Shown here: piece by piece, positions 23,164 through 31,737 of the stretch
Numbering within the stretch: the first letter of the stretch is position 1
Layout: each line of letters starts with the position of its first letter
The notes under the pieces: model-generated
Databases searched by the model: none
Told to the model about the DNA's origin: nothing
Seen by the model: only the letters and a program-made list of their open reading frames with translations
Made by a program: the position numbers and the translations under genes
IMG/VR virus record: IMGVR_UViG_3300048907_000042
Direction: 5' to 3' (one strand)
Length of the DNA stretch: 48,368 bases
From: a virus

Positions 23164-26100
23164 AGGGAACCTCCACCTTTCTTCTTCTCTTTCGCCTTGC
23201 GTTCCTCAGCTTCGTACTGCCGCATCTGCTCGGCGATGTAAGGACCAACGCCCGGCACCAGATAGCGATACATAGCCGGGTCCTGTGTAGCAATGTCCGT
23301 CCACATCTTGAACGGCGGAGTGAACATTTCCGGGATAGCCTTATGCGGCTCAGGCTTAATCTCCCTCGAGTACTTCTGTCCGCTAGCCCTACGCTCAGCA
23401 GCTTCCTTCTTGCTGACACCAAGGATCCGGTCACGGGTGTACTCGTTGAAGCCGAACGTCTTGATTGCGTTGAGCGGAATGTCCATGACACTGACCTTAA
23501 TGTCTTTCGACTCCCTGCCAGTCAGTGCGCTCACTCCGTTGGTCATGAACTGCTTGATCAGATCAGACGCGGTTCCTGCCAGACCCATCAGGATGCCAAG
23601 CTCGGTCAGCTTCAGAGCACCCTGTGCGATCTTACCCTGTTTCATCAGGCCAATGCCATCACGCCTTGCCAGATCGAACTGCTTCAGCATAAAGGACTTC
23701 AGCACCAATGCAGAGCGTCCCACATTCGGACTGTCCAGCCACCACTGAGGCATTTCAAACTTGGTGACCGGCTGAGACCGGGACAACTCCAGGAAGGCAT
23801 ACTCCCTCGTCAACTCACTGACCTTACCAGACTTCAACTCACTGACCAGCTTGGGGAAGTCATCGCCGAATGCTACTGCGTACTTGTTGGCCAGCTTAAG
23901 CTGACCACTCGGCGATTCAGCCAGTCGCTGCGCACGCGAGATAGCTGCGTTGAGCGCAGTGTTCTTACCGAACTGATCGACACCAGTGAAGAGGGTAGCC
24001 TTGAAGATCTTGTTGACGTAGGCTGCCGTCTTACTCTGCGTAGCGAACTCCGCAGTGATCGTGTCTACCAGTCCGTACTCTTTCATGTTCACGAACTTCC
24101 TGCCAGTCGCCTGCCGGATAACAGAGTCCAAGGTGGCCCTCATATCCTGCGTGTAGACCTGCATGATGACGTCGCCCATCTGAGTAGCAGCCGACCAGAA
24201 GTTACCCAGCAGACCGGCACTCGCAAGGTTCTTCGCCTCACGCACAATCCAAGCGGGAGCCTGATCGCCAGTCACCAACGTGGACTTCAACAGCTTGGCA
24301 AGTTCGTTCGCATTCTCGTCCGGCATACCTGCCTTGATTTCATCAGCCAGCAGGTTATTGATGGACTTGTCCACGTCGAGGAACCGCTGCTCACCCTTCA
24401 CCTGTTCGACCTTCGACTTGCCGAAGAAGTTCGTACGGCCAATATCTTCCACGGCCGACCGGATGTAGGTATGCAACGATTCAGCCGGGGTTGCATAGAA
24501 CGGCAGCAACTCCGGAGTGATTTCCTCGATCTTACGATCCTTCGTCCAGCCCGGCTGGTTACTCCGCTTGTCCACGAACATCATCTGATTCATGATAGCC
24601 GATTCCTCAGCCTGACTCAGACCACGTCCGCGAGTACGCATCGACTCAACCTCAGCCGCCTTCAAGGCATCAGCTATGTTAGTCGCTTCCTTCTTGTCGA
24701 TGGCCTGGAAGAGCCCTTCCTTATCCTTGATGATGCGCGGGAAGTATTCCTTCGTATCCTTACGCTTGAACCGGGACTGCGATTCCAGCTTATCTCCCAG
24801 GCTGTCCAGTACGGAGCGGATCGACTTGTAACCATCGATCAGTTCCTTGTCACCCAGATGCTCCAGCAACTTCTTGATCACAACAGGATCACCCGTCATC
24901 AAAGCACGGGACACAACCTGCTGCGTATCCTGCGGCATCTTATCCAGCCTGCTCAGGAACGGATCAACCTTCTGGAACTGGACGTGAGTTTCTTCCATGG
25001 TCTTGCGGAACAGGTTCACCACTGCACGATGCACGCGAGGGGAATGGTTCATGACTCGAGTCGACGTAGCACCCAAGCCATAGTCGATACCCTGAACCAG
25101 TGATGCACCGACCTTACCGGACAGCAGCAGCCCAGCCACAGTACCTACACCCATACCCCAGACCGGGCTGTCATCACTCATAGCCCAGCCAAGCGCAGCG
25201 CCCGCAGCAGCCATACCCATCTTCTTCAGCATGGCCGGATCAACTTCACCACGCTGACTACGCGGACCGCGAACCTCACCACCGAACTCAGACTTGATGG
25301 AATCCTGCAGCATCTCCTTCGCACGCTGGATGCGGCGCTGCACAGTACCCAACGGAGTGCCAGTCAGTTCTGCAATCTCGACGTCCGTGTAGTTCTCCAG
25401 CTGGGACTTGATGATCGCATCCTTCATTTCCGGAGACAGCTTCTCGAAGGCACGTTCCATCTGACTTGCCGCTTCCCCGTAGAGCATCGCACCCTCAGGG
25501 GTATCGTACATGTCAGCGCCAGCGCCCTTCTCGTACACGTTCGACCCAGTACCCTGATCGCCGGAGTAAGCATCCCGGACTCCCGGAACCTCCTCACCTA
25601 CGATCTGATAATCAGCACCACGCTTCTGTGCCTTCATCCGGTCGATAGCATCGAGCGCCTCGTTGCGTGCAATCTTCTTGATCCACGCACCGAAGGGAGC
25701 ATCCTTACTGTAGCTCTCGAGATTCTGGAAAGCCTTGATGAACGCTTCCTGCGTCACATCGTCAGCATCCAGTCCGGCCTTCTCACCAAGCTCACGCATG
25801 AACTTGTTGACGTAGCGCCTGGTGTCCGGGAAGTGAGCTTCGTACAGACCCTGATGACCCCGCTGGTCACCTGCCACAGCCTGATCCACCCACGAGTTAT
25901 CGCGCGCCTTGATCTGCTCAATGTCCAGTTTGTTTGCCATCTTGCCCTTGGACACCAGCATCCCGATGATGTTACCTTCGGGATCGATCATGCCTGCCTG
26001 ACGCAGCTTACCCGGAATGGATACCTTGATACCACCACGACCAGGACCGGGAACCAGCAGACCTGCCAACCCAACCATCACTGCATTGGTCAGCCTACGA

Positions 26101-28484
26101 TCCTCAGGAGAGAACGTATAGGCCAGACCTGCTGCGGTACTGGCAAGACCAACACGGGCCAGCAGAGTCGGATCAACCTCACCACGCTGCTGCCACTTCG
26201 GCTTGCGCAGCTGAGATTCCCGGCGACGAATCTTAGCTTCCGTCTGCTTGATCGTCGGATCATCCTTGGTGAACAGGGCGTCCAAGTACTCATCGTTGTT
26301 CAGCTTACGAGCAGCATTGAAGGCGTTGTCCTCGTTCACTGCTTCGGCATAAGCACTGTCGAACTCCTTAGCGTTCCGTGCCTCGATAGCATCGTCGAAC
26401 TCCTTCTGGAGGGCAGCACGGCGTGCCTCCGTGGAAAGGCGCCGAGCATCGGCCTCCCGAGCCAGCCGCGCCTTCTGGCGCCCTGCGGCCTCCGCCGCCA
26501 CTTGCGCGCGCTGCATACGTTCATCAGCAACGTAGTTCAGGTAGTCGGCATAGTCCGCTTCATTGCGGAACGTTTCCTTGATTTCCTTACGCCGCTGCTG
26601 GACGAGCTTCTCACGATCAGCGTTCTTCGTGATGCCCAGCATCTGATTGATCTTGTCGACGTTGGTAGTGGGAGCCTCGCCCTTGATGATGCCTTCGAGT
26701 GCCACGTCAGCGGCAGCCTGATCCTTCAGGATTTGCTCGTAGGTACCATTGATCTTCGACTGTGCAAGGTCAGCGCTGCGAGCCTTAGCACCACGCATGA
26801 ACACTGCGCCCATAGGACCACCGATCAGGTAGCCCATCGCAGCATTCATCTTCACTTCCTCAATGTTCACGTCGCCAGTGGTAGCGAGGTTCTGCACCGC
26901 GCCGATGCCTACGTTCATAGCCGCCGCAGTGGTACCTGCGTCGATCATGGCGTCTGCAATGCGAGCAGCACGGCTGGCAGTAGTGATACCACGCGCAGCC
27001 TGCGCAGCCTGAATCGGCTTAGCGCCAATGCCGACAGGAGCAAACAGCAACTCCGGATCGGCCATCAGCGAGTTGGCCAACTGGCCAGCGAACTTACCCG
27101 GCGAGTCCTTCGCAGCCTGCTGCAGGTTATCCCACATAGCACGGACGTCCGGGTCCTGCTTGGCCTTGCGAGCGTCGATAGCCTTCTGAGCTTCGCGTAC
27201 CGAGACTTCGGGGAACTTGTCAGGGTTGTTGACGATCTCATTCTGCATTGCAACCTTGCGGGCCTCGTCATACTTCTTGCGTTCCAGCTCAGGCTGGTTG
27301 GCCAGGAAGCTAACGAAGTTCGCCGGCAAGCTATCGCTGGTCAGCAGGTCCATCGGATTCTTCAGCGTCTCGATGAACTGCTGGAACGTGCCAGCGTTCT
27401 TGGTCACAGTGTCCGGGGCCAGATGCTTGAAGCGAGCCGGCAGCATATCCACCTGACTCGGATCATCCTTGATGCGCTGCTTCCACTGCTGTTCCTCGTC
27501 GTAGGACGGGGTAGCACTGACGCGGCGAGTACGTCCACCGGTCAAGTCAGCAAGCTCCTTGTACTCATCGAAGGTGGCAGGTGCCTGAACGCCGAAGCCG
27601 AACTTGCCCTGACCCTTCTTCTTCTGCTCGTACTCAGCGCGCAGTTCTTCATCAGTCATCTGAACTTCGATGGTGTCTCGGTTCAGGATTTCCTGAATAC
27701 CCTGCCAGCCACGCTGGATGCCGCGAGCTGCACCCTTGACCATTGCCAGCGGAGAGTACTTCTCAATGTACTCATCAGCGCCGGCCTTGATGCGATCCAC
27801 AGCCTGCTGGCTATCCTTAGGCAGGATGCCACCGGAGAACGGACCGCCATCACCACTGACTACCTTGTCAGTGCCCGGCACCGGAACAGCGGGGGTATCA
27901 ACCTTCACCGCGTCCTCGAAGGAGAACGATTCCGGCTCGTCGGACGGCGATGCTTCCGGCAACTGGAAGGTATCGTCACCCAGCTCCTTGGCAATGGCAG
28001 CGGCCTTCGCCATGATGCTAGCGGTATACGCGCGAGTCTTCTTACCATGCTGCTTGGGGTTGTCGCCAGCATGATGGGCAGCGATAGCCCACTCGATACC
28101 CTTACCCAGCCGCTCAGCCATCTGCTTCGCAGCAGCATTGGCGGACTGACCAGCATCGAGAGGGTCAATGCCCATACCCTTGGCGGTCGAGTCCAGGTAC
28201 TGGAACATACCCTTGGCCGTACCCCACTTAGTCATGGGGCCGACGGCACTCGGGTTGTACGTGGACTCCTGATGGGCCATAGCATACATCACCGGAAGCG
28301 GCACACCATTCTTCTTCGCAGCTTCCGCGATGACGTTGCGGAGGTTCTGATCGGACGGCAGCAGACTGCCATCAGGGATGCTGACCTGACCATAGTCCTG
28401 GACAGTGGGCTTAGCGCGGCTACGATCAGCCACGTCCAGCGTCAGGCCCTTGCTTGCATCCTCGAACGAAAACGACTCGGCCAT
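23160..28484 (-). CDS. giant ejected internal virion protein (T7 gp16-like): N-terminal lytic transglycosylase plus internal ECF sigma factor module
   Basis: 1774-aa uninterrupted ORF. ATG 28484 follows GCAGGAG. It has an SLT motif at the N-terminus and sigma regions 2 and 4 at residues about 865-1060. It sits in the internal-core gene position. Confidence 0.9.
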   Translation of the reverse strand: MAESFSFEDASKGLTLDVADRSRAKPTVQDYGQVSIPDGSLLPSDQNLRNVIAEAAKKNGVPLPVMYAMAHQESTYNPSAVGPMTKWGTAKGMFQYLDSTAKGMGIDPLDAGQSANAAAKQMAERLGKGIEWAIAAHHAGDNPKQHGKKTRAYTASIMAKAAAIAKELGDDTFQLPEASPSDEPESFSFEDAVKVDTPAVPVPGTDKVVSGDGGPFSGGILPKDSQQAVDRIKAGADEYIEKYSPLAMVKGAARGIQRGWQGIQEILNRDTIEVQMTDEELRAEYEQKKKGQGKFGFGVQAPATFDEYKELADLTGGRTRRVSATPSYDEEQQWKQRIKDDPSQVDMLPARFKHLAPDTVTKNAGTFQQFIETLKNPMDLLTSDSLPANFVSFLANQPELERKKYDEARKVAMQNEIVNNPDKFPEVSVREAQKAIDARKAKQDPDVRAMWDNLQQAAKDSPGKFAGQLANSLMADPELLFAPVGIGAKPIQAAQAARGITTASRAARIADAMIDAGTTAAAMNVGIGAVQNLATTGDVNIEEVKMNAAMGYLIGGPMGAVFMRGAKARSADLAQSKINGTYEQILKDQAAADVALEGIIKGEAPTTNVDKINQMLGITKNADREKLVQQRRKEIKETFRNEADYADYLNYVADERMQRAQVAAEAAGRQKARLAREADARRLSTEARRAALQKEFDDAIEARNAKEFDSAYAEAVNEDNAFNAARKLNNDEYLDALFTKDDPTIKQTEAKIRRRESQLRKPKWQQRGEVDPTLLARVGLASTAAGLAYTFSPEDRRLTNAVMVGLAGLLVPGPGRGGIKVSIPGKLRQAGMIDPEGNIIGMLVSKGKMANKLDIEQIKARDNSWVDQAVAGDQRGHQGLYEAHFPDTRRYVNKFMRELGEKAGLDADDVTQEAFIKAFQNLESYSKDAPFGAWIKKIARNEALDAIDRMKAQKRGADYQIVGEEVPGVRDAYSGDQGTGSNVYEKGAGADMYDTPEGAMLYGEAASQMERAFEKLSPEMKDAIIKSQLENYTDVEIAELTGTPLGTVQRRIQRAKEMLQDSIKSEFGGEVRGPRSQRGEVDPAMLKKMGMAAAGAALGWAMSDDSPVWGMGVGTVAGLLLSGKVGASLVQGIDYGLGATSTRVMNHSPRVHRAVVNLFRKTMEETHVQFQKVDPFLSRLDKMPQDTQQVVSRALMTGDPVVIKKLLEHLGDKELIDGYKSIRSVLDSLGDKLESQSRFKRKDTKEYFPRIIKDKEGLFQAIDKKEATNIADALKAAEVESMRTRGRGLSQAEESAIMNQMMFVDKRSNQPGWTKDRKIEEITPELLPFYATPAESLHTYIRSAVEDIGRTNFFGKSKVEQVKGEQRFLDVDKSINNLLADEIKAGMPDENANELAKLLKSTLVTGDQAPAWIVREAKNLASAGLLGNFWSAATQMGDVIMQVYTQDMRATLDSVIRQATGRKFVNMKEYGLVDTITAEFATQSKTAAYVNKIFKATLFTGVDQFGKNTALNAAISRAQRLAESPSGQLKLANKYAVAFGDDFPKLVSELKSGKVSELTREYAFLELSRSQPVTKFEMPQWWLDSPNVGRSALVLKSFMLKQFDLARRDGIGLMKQGKIAQGALKLTELGILMGLAGTASDLIKQFMTNGVSALTGRESKDIKVSVMDIPLNAIKTFGFNEYTRDRILGVSKKEAAERRASGQKYSREIKPEPHKAIPEMFTPPFKMWTDIATQDPAMYRYLVPGVGPYIAEQMRQYEAEERKAKEKKKGGGSL
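25305..25889 (-). other. ECF (group 4) sigma factor domain, regions 2 and 4, inside 23160-28484
   Basis: DADDVTQEAFIKAFQNLESYSKDAPFGAWIKKIARNEALD is region 2-like. LSPEMKDAIIKSQLENYTDVEIAELTGTPLGTVQRRIQRAKEMLQ is region 4.2-like. Compared by eye with E. coli RpoE. Confidence 0.8.
28005..28352 (-). other. SLT lytic transglycosylase domain inside 23160-28484
   Basis: AMAHQESTYNPSAVGP...AKGMFQYL carries the catalytic E-S motif and the GLMQ-like motif. Confidence 0.8.
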
Positions 28485-28497
28485 TACAATCTCCTGC

Positions 28498-28514
28498 TGT
28501 CCCAATTTGGGACA
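28498..28514. repeat. 17-bp palindrome TGTCCCAATTTGGGACA, copy 6
   Basis: Intergenic. On the minus strand it is followed by GCAGGAG and ATG 28484. Confidence 0.95.
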
Positions 28515-28527
28515 TTAGTGGGCTCGG

Positions 28528-29736
28528 TTAATCCTTCACAAATTTGGAACCATCCCAACGCGCAACACCTCGCGCGGTGACATAGTAGGAGCCCTGCTTG
28601 AGTTCAGCCTTGGACTTCGGCATTTCGATAGGATCGAGTGCCTTAGCGCCACGGCCACGGAACTTCGCGTTCGGTACATCTTCCGGAGCATCCTTACCGA
28701 CCAGCTTCGAGATGAAGCCACGATCATCTTCCGGAGTCATCGCCTGCCAGTCGCCGTCCGTCTTGGACTCGATGGTAGCGCGGGTGATTGCAGCGTTGAA
28801 GTCCAGTCCCTTGTTCTCCTTCACCATCTGCTTGGCGCGGGAAGCAATGTCCTGTGCACCAGCCTCAAACGCTGCGTAGCCCACATCATCCTTGTTCGGC
28901 ACCTTACCATCCAGAATCAGGTTGGCGACCGATGCCTTGGCAGCCTTGACCTCAGCCTCGCTGGGGGCGGAAGCGGCACCCTTGCCGTCAGTCTTTTCCT
29001 TGTAGCTCTGTTCATGGCGGCGAGCATCCAAGTTGCCCTTACTGATTTCCAGCGTGGTGCGGCGGTACTGTGCCAAGTCCAGGGCGTTCCGTTCCTCACG
29101 GTCGTTGGTCTGCTGGGACAGTTCCAAGCGGGCCCGGTCGATCGCACTCATGGCCTTCTCGTTCAGGAACGTGGCCACGTTAGGATCGTAGTCCATCTTC
29201 TTCAGAGCCTCGAAGTTCTCGCGGCCGAAGATCTCGATGGCTTCAGGACGGGACTCCATCTGCTTGATGCCGTATTCCCACTCGGACTGATTCCGGGCAG
29301 TGCCCAGCGTCTGACTGAACAGGTTGCCGACAGTCATGATGTTGTCGAGGCGGTTCTTGTTTCGCGTCTCCACATCATTCAGCAGTTCGGATTCCTTCTT
29401 CCGAATCTCAACGCCGCCCTTGAGGAACTCCATGCCCCTCTTGACTGCGCCGCCAGCGATCATCATGGAACCCAGCTGTTCCAGCGGGGCACCTTTGCTG
29501 TCATCGCCAGTATAGCTGACCACATCCTGGCCGGACGAACCACGCCCACCCTTTGCGATAGACGTCAGCTTGGCCAGTGCCTCGTTCTGAATCTTGAGTT
29601 CAGCCTCGGTCTGCTGGTTCTCAATCTCCTGACCCTGCGCCGTAGCGTTGGTGTTGCGGGTCTGTGCCTTGGCCAGCTGCATTGCGTTGTAGTGACGGTC
29701 GCCCTCAAGACCGACCATCGACAGATCGACGGGCAT
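28528..29736 (-). CDS. internal virion protein (gp15-position)
   Basis: 402-aa ORF, charged and coiled-coil rich. TGATG coupling. The position lies between a small Ala/Gly-rich protein and the giant protein. Confidence 0.55.
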   Translation of the reverse strand: MPVDLSMVGLEGDRHYNAMQLAKAQTRNTNATAQGQEIENQQTEAELKIQNEALAKLTSIAKGGRGSSGQDVVSYTGDDSKGAPLEQLGSMMIAGGAVKRGMEFLKGGVEIRKKESELLNDVETRNKNRLDNIMTVGNLFSQTLGTARNQSEWEYGIKQMESRPEAIEIFGRENFEALKKMDYDPNVATFLNEKAMSAIDRARLELSQQTNDREERNALDLAQYRRTTLEISKGNLDARRHEQSYKEKTDGKGAASAPSEAEVKAAKASVANLILDGKVPNKDDVGYAAFEAGAQDIASRAKQMVKENKGLDFNAAITRATIESKTDGDWQAMTPEDDRGFISKLVGKDAPEDVPNAKFRGRGAKALDPIEMPKSKAELKQGSYYVTARGVARWDGSKFVKD

Positions 29737-30248
29737 CACTTACCTCCAGCAGGAGTCACCGGCTTGTTGAAGACGGTGTTGGCGAGGTTGACGAGGTTGT
29801 TACCTACGCCTGCCCACGCACTCAGGTTGTTGTCGTTCGCGTTGGAGATTGCACCCTGACCAGCCGAGTACGCACTCGTCGCATTTCCCAGGCCTTCAGT
29901 TGCACCTGCCAGCGCGGCGAGGTTGCTGAACTCCTGCTGATACGATGCCGCAGCTGCGTCGGTGGCCGCGAGGATTGCGTTCCCCGAGCCACTGTATCCC
30001 TGCGCAGCCATCGTCCGCTCGGCAGCCTTCTGCCGGGCCTTGTACGTGGCGGTCTCCGTGATGGAACTCGGATCAGCGATCAGCGCGTTGAGGCGCTTGG
30101 CTGCATCGTCACGGTAGGGAGCATACGGGTCAGCTGCATCGATGGCCTGCTGGTTCTGCTTCTGTGCCTTCTTCGCATTCTTACTGGACTGCTGGGCGGA
30201 GTAGATCGCAGTGCCTGCTCCGATAGCAGCGGTAGTGATTGCGGCCAT
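29736..30248 (-). CDS. internal virion protein (gp14-position), Ala/Gly/Ser/Asn-rich
   Basis: 170-aa ORF with an N-terminal hydrophobic stretch AAITTAAIGAGTAIY. TAATG coupling. Confidence 0.5.
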   Translation of the reverse strand: MAAITTAAIGAGTAIYSAQQSSKNAKKAQKQNQQAIDAADPYAPYRDDAAKRLNALIADPSSITETATYKARQKAAERTMAAQGYSGSGNAILAATDAAAASYQQEFSNLAALAGATEGLGNATSAYSAGQGAISNANDNNLSAWAGVGNNLVNLANTVFNKPVTPAGGK

Positions 30249-30700
30249 TAGTCTACCAGCCTCTTGGTAAAGTTGTACTCGCTGGGCTTGTAGCCATTCA
30301 TCTTGTACAGGTCGTCCACTTCAGGCGGCGACGTGCGCAGACGAACCATCTGCAAACTCTCAGCACCCAGTTCCTTACAGCGTTCTTCCAGTGCCTGCAG
30401 GATCGCCGGAGCGACCTTGTGTCCACGTGCGTCAGGATGGATGTAGTACACTACTTCCACCGCGACAGTAACATTCTTGTTGAAGGTGGCCGGGCCAACA
30501 TACGCACCACCCGAGCCGACTACCTTGCCGTCCTCCTCTACCACAATCATCGCACCCTTCGTGATGATGTGTTCAGTCAGCTGAGTAATCGTCTCGGGGT
30601 CGGCGTCGTAGATCTTGCTGTAGTCCGTCGTCTTGTAGAACTCCAAGTACAACGGAACCAGCGTATCAATGTCGGCCTCATTCGCCAGTCGAATCTTCAT
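30248..30700 (-). CDS. GNAT-family N-acetyltransferase
   Basis: IRLANEADID...VVGSGGAY...IHPDARGHKVAPAILQALEE... has the RG.x.A motif-A-like pattern and GNAT size (150 aa). Confidence 0.65.
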   Translation of the reverse strand: MKIRLANEADIDTLVPLYLEFYKTTDYSKIYDADPETITQLTEHIITKGAMIVVEEDGKVVGSGGAYVGPATFNKNVTVAVEVVYYIHPDARGHKVAPAILQALEERCKELGAESLQMVRLRTSPPEVDDLYKMNGYKPSEYNFTKRLVD

Positions 30701-31280
30701 CTTGCGCATCTCCAAGTGGGGTAAAGAACGCAACGACAATCAGCCGCCCATCTTCAGGGGTCGAGCCAAATGCCTTGAACGGATAGCGAGAGTGGAACAA
30801 CTCACCACTATAGATCAGGGCCCTGTTGTAATCCATCTTCACGAAGGCTCGCTGATCCCACGCATCCTCATTCTCGAAGTCATCCTTGACCTGCTCAAAC
30901 AGTTCCATATCACCCGGCAGGATGCGGTTCGCTCCGGTCTTTGTATGCTGCCAGAACGCGGTACCACTGGGGCCATCAGTCAAGTACAACACCAGCGCAT
31001 GAGTGCCCCAACCCATGTCACTATGGATCGACTGGTTCGGCGGTTCGCCCTTGTAGTTCAGACGATAGGCCATACCCATCAGGTCGATCTTGCCGAAGAT
31101 AGCCTCCAGCATTTCCTTGACTTGTTGAATCTCTACACGGCAGATTCGCTTGTAGACGGCACCGTCAGGACCTTCCCAATCCTCGTACTCCATGTGGAGT
31201 CCGGCCTGACGCACTGCATCAGGGTCGGGAAGAAAATCTTCGATGACGTATACATCTTCCAGCCTTTTGACTATGCGCAT
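30678..31280 (-). CDS. cupin / 2OG-Fe(II) oxygenase-like protein
   Basis: ATG 31280. A putative HxD...H triad is present (SIHSDMGWGTH ... ELFHSRYP). The N-terminus VIEDFLPDPDAVR is common in this fold. Confidence 0.45.
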   Translation of the reverse strand: MRIVKRLEDVYVIEDFLPDPDAVRQAGLHMEYEDWEGPDGAVYKRICRVEIQQVKEMLEAIFGKIDLMGMAYRLNYKGEPPNQSIHSDMGWGTHALVLYLTDGPSGTAFWQHTKTGANRILPGDMELFEQVKDDFENEDAWDQRAFVKMDYNRALIYSGELFHSRYPFKAFGSTPEDGRLIVVAFFTPLGDAQDEDSTGE

Positions 31281-31292
31281 ATAGTCCACCAA

Positions 31293-31448
31293 TTATTCAG
31301 TTTCCGGACGCTGGACTTCGATATCGTAACCCAGCTCGCGGAGTTGATCCACTACGCCCTGCAACTGCTGCTCCAGTGCGTAACCCGGAGACGGATCATG
31401 GCTGCGACTTGCCACCTTCGGTCTCGTTATGATTATGATCGTTGACAT
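31293..31448 (-). CDS. possible unlisted small ORF (51 aa)
   Basis: The frame reads ...PGYALEQQLQGVVDQLRELGYDIEVQRPETE*, filling the 103-nt gap. ATG 31448 follows AAGGTGGAG, or an internal GTG could be used. It is below the ORF-track length cut-off. Confidence 0.25.
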   Translation of the reverse strand: MSTIIIITRPKVASRSHDPSPGYALEQQLQGVVDQLRELGYDIEVQRPETE

Positions 31449-31737
31449 TCTTCTCCACCTTATCCTTGAGGTCAGGAACCTGTTGATAGATGGCGCTCAG
31501 GTAGTCGTCAAGACGATCCAGCCTGCGCTCCGCGTTACTGATGCGAGGGCCTTGAAGGACGGCAGCAGTGAAGATGATAGCGGCCATTACTACTACGACC
31601 CAAACTGCGTGCCCACCTGCGTTCACATGCTGGTGAATCTCCTGAGCGTTACTGCGACGTTCCTTCAACGTTCCAACAGTCTCACGCAGGTCCTTCAGTA
31701 CGGCCATGAGTTCCCTTGCGCTATCATCCCCAAACAT
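31396..31737 (-). CDS. membrane protein (central TM helix, coiled-coil flanks)
   Basis: 113-aa ORF with the helix AVWVVVVMAAIIFTAAVL. TAATG coupling. Confidence 0.55.
   Translation of the reverse strand: MFGDDSARELMAVLKDLRETVGTLKERRSNAQEIHQHVNAGGHAVWVVVVMAAIIFTAAVLQGPRISNAERRLDRLDDYLSAIYQQVPDLKDKVEKNVNDHNHNETEGGKSQP

Noticed and set aside
23160-25100. The C-terminal roughly 700 aa of the giant protein as a cryptic single-subunit RNA polymerase (N4/T7-like).
   Set aside because: I could not find the conserved polymerase motifs (T7 motif A D..SCSG-type, motif C HDS-type, or the N4 mini-vRNAP equivalents). The sequence resembles generic helical ejection-protein C-termini. A profile search is still advisable.
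22965-28580. Very long plus-strand ORFs (22965-25103, 712 aa; 25833-28580, 915 aa) opposite the giant minus-strand gene.
   Set aside because: These are shadow ORFs of a GC-rich gene. Their translations are Arg/Leu/His/Ser-rich low-complexity strings without recognisable motifs or SD sites. The minus-strand frame carries clear SLT and sigma motifs over the same DNA.
31309-31332. A plus-strand fragment cgctggacttcgatatcgtaaccc that resembles the spacer/-10 side of R2 (cgctggaatccgtcgtaaca).
   Set aside because: It lacks the TTGAAT block and has a 3-nt insertion. It lies antisense in the late arm inside a probable small coding frame. It is likely chance similarity or a relic.
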